This document shows, one piece after another, positions 58,189 through 64,000 of a stretch of DNA of 64,000 nucleotides; positions within the stretch are counted from its first letter, which is position 1; each line of letters begins with the position of its first letter. This DNA is from Nitrospiraceae bacterium. GTDB taxonomy: Bacteria; Nitrospirota; Nitrospiria; Nitrospirales; Nitrospiraceae. The notes under the pieces are model-generated. The model made no database searches. It saw only the letters and a program-made list of their open reading frames with translations, and had not been told where the DNA came from. The position numbers and the translations under genes were made by a program. Where the stretch lies: positions 3,095-67,094 of the forward strand of contig DASPUC010000034.1 in the NCBI GenBank assembly GCA_035623075.1, read 5' to 3'.

Positions 58189-59154
58189 ATGCGGAGTCAA
58201 ATGGTTCTTCAGGCAGGATTAGGCGTTTTGTTGGCAGTTGGTTCTGCTTCTCTGGCCACGGCGGACAAGCCGAATACCGACAAGGATATGGTCAAGATCC
58301 CTCGATCCGAATTTACGATGGGGAGTCATGAACATGCGGATGAGGCCCCGCACCAAGTGGTGTTGGACAGCTACCTGATCGATAAGTACGAGGTCTCAAA
58401 TGCGCGATTCAAAGAATTCATGAAGGCCACCGGGCATCCGGCTCCTGCGTATTGGGATGATCCGCGACTCAGCAAACCCAATCAGCCAGTCGTCGGTGTG
58501 AGTTGGAACGATGCCAATGCCTTTTGCATCTGGGAAGGCAAGCGACTGCCGACCGAGGCGGAATGGGAGCGGGCGGCGAAGGGTCCGGAGGGCGACAATC
58601 ACTACCCGTGGGGACATAAGCTCGATCCGCAGAAAGCCAATTATGGACAGAACGTCGGTCGGACCATGCCGGTGGACTCCTACCCTGAAGGTGTCAGCGG
58701 ATTTGGGGTGTACAACATGGCAGGAAACGTCTTCGAATGGGTCGCTGACTGGTATGACCCAAAGTACTATAAGGAGAGCCTCGCCCTGAATCCGCAAGGG
58801 CCGGATAAAGGATACAACTTCGCGAATCAGGGGCCTGTGAAGGTACTGCGCGGGGGCTCCTGGCTGGCGCCGGAGACCTCGTTGCACACAAGCCACCGGT
58901 TCTGGAACCAGCCCGACAACAACTCCTATGGAGTAGGCCTCGGGTTCCGTTGCGCGAAGTCGGCTCCCGCCATCTCTGACGAATCGATCCAGGCGGGACG
59001 TGACGCTTTCATTGCCGCCCTTGTTGCAATGGGAGCGGAAAAACACGCGGACGCAATGGCCTCAATTGAAAAGGCTCTGGCTGCCGATCCGGGGAACAAG
59101 GAATATCTGGCCACCCGTGATCTCATCAAGAAGAACATGAAGAAGAAACACTAA
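58189..59154 (+). CDS. Secreted FGE-sulfatase-fold (SUMF1/PvdO/NirV-like) protein lacking the FGE catalytic Cys pair
   Basis: Signal peptide, RLPTEAEWERAAKG, GNVFEWVADWY, LRGGSW and GFRCAKS. There are no cysteines after RGGSW, where true FGEs have the C-x4-C motif. Confidence 0.8.
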   Translation: MRSQMVLQAGLGVLLAVGSASLATADKPNTDKDMVKIPRSEFTMGSHEHADEAPHQVVLDSYLIDKYEVSNARFKEFMKATGHPAPAYWDDPRLSKPNQPVVGVSWNDANAFCIWEGKRLPTEAEWERAAKGPEGDNHYPWGHKLDPQKANYGQNVGRTMPVDSYPEGVSGFGVYNMAGNVFEWVADWYDPKYYKESLALNPQGPDKGYNFANQGPVKVLRGGSWLAPETSLHTSHRFWNQPDNNSYGVGLGFRCAKSAPAISDESIQAGRDAFIAALVAMGAEKHADAMASIEKALAADPGNKEYLATRDLIKKNMKKKH

Positions 59155-59299
59155 ACGTCGACCCGGCTCAAGGGGCGGTAAGACCGCCCCTTCCGAGCCG
59201 AATGAGCGACTGGAGTTTCAGCCAACATGATTCGCGGTCTGAAGAAAAGAATCCCGGGGTTTCAAGATAAACCATCGGGATCGTGACGGAGGCGGACGC

Positions 59300-59668
59300 A
59301 TGACACAGTACACGACACTGGTTCTCGGAATTTCTTTCAGTGCGTTCCTGCGAGTGGCCCCTCTCATGGCCGGGCCCATCGATCCAGTCCAGCATCCACA
59401 CCCGGAGCAAGCGACATCGGTCCACGAAGCCGAGCATGCTGTGGACCACGCATGGGAGGTCTATCACCGGGCGGCATTAGGGGGAACCGTGGCGTCCCCT
59501 GCTCTGCAGGCCGAGATTGAGGAGCATCTGCACGAGGCCAGAACCCTCGTGACTCGGGCACAGGAGGCGGCCGAACGCGGAGACAAACGTGAGGTGGATC
59601 ATCTGGTCGGGCAAGTGAAGATTCATTCGACAAAAGCCATCGAAGGCAGCAAGGAGCCGAAGAAATGA
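59300..59668 (+). CDS. Small secreted His-rich helical protein (possible metal-binding)
   Basis: Hydrophobic N-terminus, then PVQHPHPEQATSVHEAEHAVDHAWEVYHR..EEHLHEA. Overlaps the next gene by 4 nt. Confidence 0.5.
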   Translation: MTQYTTLVLGISFSAFLRVAPLMAGPIDPVQHPHPEQATSVHEAEHAVDHAWEVYHRAALGGTVASPALQAEIEEHLHEARTLVTRAQEAAERGDKREVDHLVGQVKIHSTKAIEGSKEPKK

Positions 59669-60501
59669 AATCTGCCTCTGATAACGGACCGCTGTGCCGA
59701 ACACTTTGTGTGGTGATCGTGATTTCAACTTGTACCCTGAGTCCGGCGCTGGCAGCGTCAGCGGATCGGAAAGAGATTGATCCGGTCCCCATGGTGATGA
59801 TTCCAGCCGGAGAGTTCTTGATGGGCAGTCCGGAAGGACAAGGGCGCGCCGATGAGCGGCCTCAACGGTCAGTGTACCTCGACGCGTTCGCAATTGATCA
59901 AGTCGAAGTGACCAATAAACGGTATATGGCCTTCGTCACAGCAACGGGCCATCGCAGTCCGCCGAACCCATACGGAACGGGCCCGTTGGTGTCCATCAAA
60001 GGCATTGAGCAACTCCCTGTCGTGCAAACAACTTGGTACGACGCCAAGGCCTACTGTAGTTGGGCCAAGAAGCGACTGCCGACGGAGGCGGAATGGGAAA
60101 AGGCAGCTCGTGGCACGGACGGCCGGCTGTACCCCTGGGGCAACGAACCGGCCACATTGAAGCGTGCCAACTTCGACCGCGAATGGGAGGAAGACAAGAC
60201 CTTATATCCGGTTGGATCGCTGCTGGGAGGCGACTCGCCGTACGGGGTGAAAGACATGGCCGGCAATGCCAGAGAGTGGGTTGCCGACTGGTACGACGGG
60301 GACTACTACAAACTGGCACCGGTTCGGAATCCACAAGGACCCGACAAAAAGGGGGTCGTCCGGTCGATCCGCGGTGGATCTTGGCACAGCCCAGTGGGTG
60401 ATATCACCACCACCGCGAGAGGTCGTGGTGGGTTTGCGTTGCAGACCCACGGAACCGGTTTCCGCTGCGCGAGTAGTCTGGATGGTGATCAACAGAAATA
60501 G
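59665..60501 (+). CDS. Second secreted FGE-sulfatase-fold paralog, also lacking the catalytic Cys pair
   Basis: Signal or lipoprotein-like N-terminus, RLPTEAEWEKAARG, GNAREWVADWY, IRGGSWHSP and GFRCASS. Confidence 0.8.
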   Translation: MKSASDNGPLCRTLCVVIVISTCTLSPALAASADRKEIDPVPMVMIPAGEFLMGSPEGQGRADERPQRSVYLDAFAIDQVEVTNKRYMAFVTATGHRSPPNPYGTGPLVSIKGIEQLPVVQTTWYDAKAYCSWAKKRLPTEAEWEKAARGTDGRLYPWGNEPATLKRANFDREWEEDKTLYPVGSLLGGDSPYGVKDMAGNAREWVADWYDGDYYKLAPVRNPQGPDKKGVVRSIRGGSWHSPVGDITTTARGRGGFALQTHGTGFRCASSLDGDQQK

Positions 60502-60699
60502 TCGCGGAGGATTCGTCAATGTTTGAGGGTGAGTTGTGGAGCTTCGGAGGCCGGTACACATGTTACCTGTGGTGGCGCCGCAACTCCGCACGGCGTTACC
60601 CACTAAGGTCGACGGGTCCTGATCCCCTGTGAAGGGCCCGTCCCCCTTGGTGCCATTTGGATTGACGCCTTATTGAATATCTTATGGGAGGAGAACGCT

Positions 60700-61617
60700 G
60701 TGAACGTTGTGGTAGCAGGCGGAACGGGATTTATTGGGAGGAGTCTCTGTAAGAGGCTTCTTCTTTGCGGTCACCGTGTGACGATTCTGACGAGGAGACG
60801 AACGGAAGTCGAACGCCTGTTTGGGACAATGGTGAAACCAATCGAATGGGATGGCACCTCATCGGGCCGCTGGGAAGAGGCGTTACAAGGAACACAGGCG
60901 GTGGTGAACCTCGCCGGGGCCTCGATTGCCGAAGCACGCTGGACGGAGAGCCGAAAGCAGTTGCTCACTCAAAGTAGACTTAATGCGACACGTGCACTTG
61001 TCCAAGCCTGCTTCCGTCTGCCGGTGACGCCACAGGTGCTCATAAACGCGTCAGGTATTGGGTTCTATGGCCACCAGGATGATCGGGTGGTCGATGAAGC
61101 TAGCCCAGCTGGTAAGGGATTTCTGGCTGATTTATGTGTGCAGTGGGAATCAGCCGCGCAGAAAGCCGCTGCAAAGGGTATTCGAACCGTCTGTCTAAGG
61201 ACCGGTCTGGTGCTTGGAGACGACGGAGGCGCACTCCCTCGCATGGTCCTGCCGTTCCGGCTTTTCATAGGAGGACCTGCGGGGCCCGGCACTCAGTGGG
61301 TCTCGTGGATTCATCGGGATGATTATGCGGGACTCATCGAGTGGACGCTTTCGACACCGAGTGTATCCGGACCCGTTAACGCTGTGGCACCAGAACCAGT
61401 CACCATGACGGAATTCTGCAGAACACTCGGTCAGGTGTTGCACAGGCCCTCGTGGATTCCCGTGCCTGAAGTTGTGTTCGGGTTGGCCTTGGGAGAACTT
61501 GGATCTCTCATGACAACGGGTCAACGAGTGAAGCCGGCGAAGGCGGAACAAGGGGGATACCGTTTTCAGTATTCGTACCTCACCAAGGCCTTACAGAATA
61601 TCTTCACCCTGCAGTGA
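60700..61617 (+). CDS. YfcH-like (TIGR01777, DUF1731) SDR-family epimerase/oxidoreductase
   Basis: NVVVAGGTGFIGRSL Rossmann motif, and a C-terminal ..GQRVKPAKAEQGGYRFQY.. typical of YfcH. GGGAGGAG RBS 6 nt before the GTG at 60700; the ORF opens at a TTG at 60673. Confidence 0.75.
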   Translation: MNVVVAGGTGFIGRSLCKRLLLCGHRVTILTRRRTEVERLFGTMVKPIEWDGTSSGRWEEALQGTQAVVNLAGASIAEARWTESRKQLLTQSRLNATRALVQACFRLPVTPQVLINASGIGFYGHQDDRVVDEASPAGKGFLADLCVQWESAAQKAAAKGIRTVCLRTGLVLGDDGGALPRMVLPFRLFIGGPAGPGTQWVSWIHRDDYAGLIEWTLSTPSVSGPVNAVAPEPVTMTEFCRTLGQVLHRPSWIPVPEVVFGLALGELGSLMTTGQRVKPAKAEQGGYRFQYSYLTKALQNIFTLQ

Positions 61618-61634
61618 CACGAGGTGCCTGTATA

Positions 61635-63080
61635 ATGCGCAGCATCGTTTGGTTCAGGCGCGATCTCAGACTCCACGATAACCCGGCCCTCATGGCAGCC
61701 TGCAAGGAGTGCGACGAGATCATTCCCCTCTTCGTGTTTGACGAACCACTCCTGCAATCGCATGAGTTCGGTCCGGCCTGCGTGAACTTCATGCTCGGAT
61801 GCTTAGAGGACCTCGCGTCCTCGCTCGCCAAGCTGGGGCTTCCTTTCCAATGGCGGCGCGGCACGCAGGGCGAGGAAGTCGTGAATGCGGCGAAGAGTTG
61901 GAAGGCCGACATCGTATACTGGAACCGCGACTATGAGCCGGGCGCGATCAAACGAGATCTCATCGTGGCTCAACGACTGGCTAAGCTCGGGGTGATTGTG
62001 CGCACGTTCAAGGACCATGTCGTGTTTGAAGCCGAAGAGGTCCGGAGCGCCACTGGCGAACCGCTGCAGCGCTATAGTGCCTATCGGGCGCGCTGGTGGG
62101 CCAAGTGGCACGCGGTGAAGCCGCTGCCGTTGCCGGTCCCCTCGACCGTGAAGCGCCCGAAGGCGGACCGGTTGCTGTTACCTCTCCCGCTGCCTTCGGC
62201 TTCGGATCTGGGATATGAACTCCTTACGCCATGGATCGGACCGGGGGAATGTCGGGCCCGCAAGCGCCTTGAAGAATTTCTCGCTGGTCCCATTCATCGC
62301 TATGTCGACGGCCGAAACCTTCCGGGAATCGACGGAAGCTCCAAGCTCTCTCCCCATTTCCGTTTCGGCACGCTCTCGCCGCGGGACGCGGTTCATGCGG
62401 CGCTCGGTACATTAGCGAAAGGCGGGCGCGTCTCGCGCCCTGATATCCTGACCTGGATCGATGAATTGATCTGGCGAGAGTTCTTCCAACAGGTATTGAC
62501 TGCCTTCCCGCGGGTCGTCGAAGGGCCGTTCCGGTATGCGGCCGTATCTCCTCCACGGGAACGGGACCCTGAGCGGGATCCCTTGTTTCAGGCCTGGTGC
62601 GAGGGACGGACGGGCTATCCGATCGTTGATGCCGGCATGCGTCAACTGAATCAGACCGGCTGGATGCACAACCGAGTGCGCATGATCGTGGCGTCATTCC
62701 TAATCAAGGATCTTCGGATCGACTGGCAGCGCGGAGAGCGGTATTTCATGAATCACCTTCTCGACGCCGACGTGGCTGCTAACAACGGCAACTGGCAGTG
62801 GTGCGCTTCGACCGGGACGGATGCGATGCGCGCGTACCGGATCTTTAACCCCGCGTTGCAGAGCAAAAAGTTCGATCCCGATGGGGCGTATATTCGCCGC
62901 TATGTGCCGGAACTGGCGCGGGTGGCCACCCAGCGGATTCATGAGCCCCATGTGATGACTCTCGATGAACAGAGCCGGTCCCATTGTCGCATTGGGGTGG
63001 ACTACCCCTCGCCGGTTGTGGATCATCGACAGGCTCGCCGGGAATACCTCGGCCTCAGCAAACAGCAGGTAAGGCGGTGA
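61635..63080 (+). CDS. phrB: Deoxyribodipyrimidine photolyase (CPD class I type)
   Basis: IVWFRRDLRLHDNPAL, SKLSPHFRFGTLSPR, WREFF, TGYPIVDAGMRQL..GWMHNR.R, and NNGNWQW. Confidence 0.9.
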   Translation: MRSIVWFRRDLRLHDNPALMAACKECDEIIPLFVFDEPLLQSHEFGPACVNFMLGCLEDLASSLAKLGLPFQWRRGTQGEEVVNAAKSWKADIVYWNRDYEPGAIKRDLIVAQRLAKLGVIVRTFKDHVVFEAEEVRSATGEPLQRYSAYRARWWAKWHAVKPLPLPVPSTVKRPKADRLLLPLPLPSASDLGYELLTPWIGPGECRARKRLEEFLAGPIHRYVDGRNLPGIDGSSKLSPHFRFGTLSPRDAVHAALGTLAKGGRVSRPDILTWIDELIWREFFQQVLTAFPRVVEGPFRYAAVSPPRERDPERDPLFQAWCEGRTGYPIVDAGMRQLNQTGWMHNRVRMIVASFLIKDLRIDWQRGERYFMNHLLDADVAANNGNWQWCASTGTDAMRAYRIFNPALQSKKFDPDGAYIRRYVPELARVATQRIHEPHVMTLDEQSRSHCRIGVDYPSPVVDHRQARREYLGLSKQQVRR

Positions 63081-64000
63081 CACCCGCCCCGCTTCGCCTC
63101 GGAATCAGCCGCTGTCTGCTCGGGGACGAAGTGCGGTTCGACGGCGGCCATAAGCGCGACCATTTTCTGACGGACGTCTTCGGGCGCTATGTGGAGTGGG
63201 TGCCCATCTGTCCAGAAGTCGAGGCGGGACTGGGTACGCCCCGGGAAGCCATGCGGCTGGTCGGCGACCCTAATCGCCCGCGGCTGATCACGATCAAGAG
63301 CGGGAGGGATCATACGGACGCGCTGTGCAAGATGACCGCCGATCGTCTCGACTCACTCGAGGCACTGGATCTCTCAGGCTATATCTTCAAGAAGGACTCG
63401 CCGAGCTGCGGTGTCGAGCGGGTCCGGATCTATAACCAGCATGGCATGCCCAGCCGGAATGGCATCGGTATTTTCGCACGTGCATTTATCAAACGGTTTC
63501 CCCTGATCCCAGTCGAGGAGGAAGGGCGGCTCTGTGATCCGTCTCTGCGCGAGAACTTCATCGAGCGCATCTTCTGTTACCATCGGTACCTGGACCTCGT
63601 GGGCCGGGGAGTGACCAGACAGGCAGTGGTGCGATTCCACACAATTCATAAATTCTTGCTGCTGGCACACAGCCAGCCCCACTACCAAGTCCTTGGGCGG
63701 CTGGTAGGTCGGGCCGACCAGTATCGTACCAAGGAGTTGGCCGCAAAATACGGGGAGCTCTTCATGAAAGCGTTGGCCGTGAGAGCAACCGCCCGCAAGC
63801 ACGTGAATGTGCTGCATCATATTCTCGGCTACTTCAAGAACCGATTAGAGGCCGAGGACAAATCGGAACTCTTAGGCGTGATCGAAGACTATCATCGAGG
63901 GCTCACGCCCCTGATCGTCCCGCTGACGCTGATCAAGCACTACGTCCGCAGATTCGACGTGGGCTACATTCAGGACCAGGTCTATCTCAACCCGCATCCA
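63077..64000 (+). CDS. YbgA-like DUF523 + DUF1722 protein (3' end outside the window)
   Basis: Not in the ORF track; translated by hand. The GTG at 63077 overlaps the phr stop (GTGA). Translation: VTPAPLRLGISRCLLGDEVRFDGGHKRDHF.. (DUF523) ..HRGLTPLIVPLTLIKHYVRRFDVGYIQDQVYLNPHP (DUF1722). The frame stays open to position 64000. Confidence 0.75.
   Translation, partial: MTPAPLRLGISRCLLGDEVRFDGGHKRDHFLTDVFGRYVEWVPICPEVEAGLGTPREAMRLVGDPNRPRLITIKSGRDHTDALCKMTADRLDSLEALDLSGYIFKKDSPSCGVERVRIYNQHGMPSRNGIGIFARAFIKRFPLIPVEEEGRLCDPSLRENFIERIFCYHRYLDLVGRGVTRQAVVRFHTIHKFLLLAHSQPHYQVLGRLVGRADQYRTKELAAKYGELFMKALAVRATARKHVNVLHHILGYFKNRLEAEDKSELLGVIEDYHRGLTPLIVPLTLIKHYVRRFDVGYIQDQVYLNPHP

Overview
This is a 64 kb GC-rich window (roughly 58-60 % by eye) from a diderm bacterium. 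It is densely coding, with many 4-nt start/stop overlaps. The gene content (PPi-type phosphofructokinase, pyruvoyl arginine decarboxylase, deoxyhypusine-synthase-like enzyme, TAT-exported Mo enzymes) resembles Nitrospirota-like chemolithoautotrophs, but taxonomy cannot be proven from the sequence alone.

Gene order, left to right:
- mdtABC-type RND efflux operon (5' end truncated).
- LPS inner-core cluster: DegT aminotransferase, kdsB, Fe-ADH, GT9 heptosyltransferase, waaA. It looks like a Kdo8N pathway.
- A block of small secreted or haem proteins.
- Sulfite-oxidase-family Mo enzyme, tandem USP, PPi-PFK, Xi-class GST.
- maf-dus operon headed by a divergent DUF692 fusion protein.
- CBS/PilZ-like protein, LOG/PpnN-like protein, DHH phosphoesterase, rhomboid, purEK.
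- HlyD/TolC/ABC export operon whose ABC nucleotide-binding domain has lost every catalytic motif, plus a stand-alone 4HB sensor-like protein.
- Polyamine cluster: DHS-like enzyme, DsbA-like protein, Zn-ribbon protein, ALDH, pdaD, speB.
- A 12.5 kb integrase/excisionase island (44102-56634) bounded by 33-bp direct repeats of a tRNA 3' end. It carries SulP plus beta-carbonic anhydrase, a NapA-like TAT molybdoenzyme with a tetrahaem NapC/NirT-like cytochrome, and envelope proteins.
- A CarH/LitR-type B12 photoreceptor regulator, divergent from a long same-strand array: Zn-ribbon protein, two non-canonical FGE-fold paralogs, His-rich protein, YfcH-like SDR, photolyase, YbgA-like protein. Three tandem 11-bp repeats sit on the promoter of this array.

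I saw no rRNA, no intact tRNA, no CRISPR array and no transposase.

All functional calls come from reading the ORF-track translations and motifs by eye. No database search was run.
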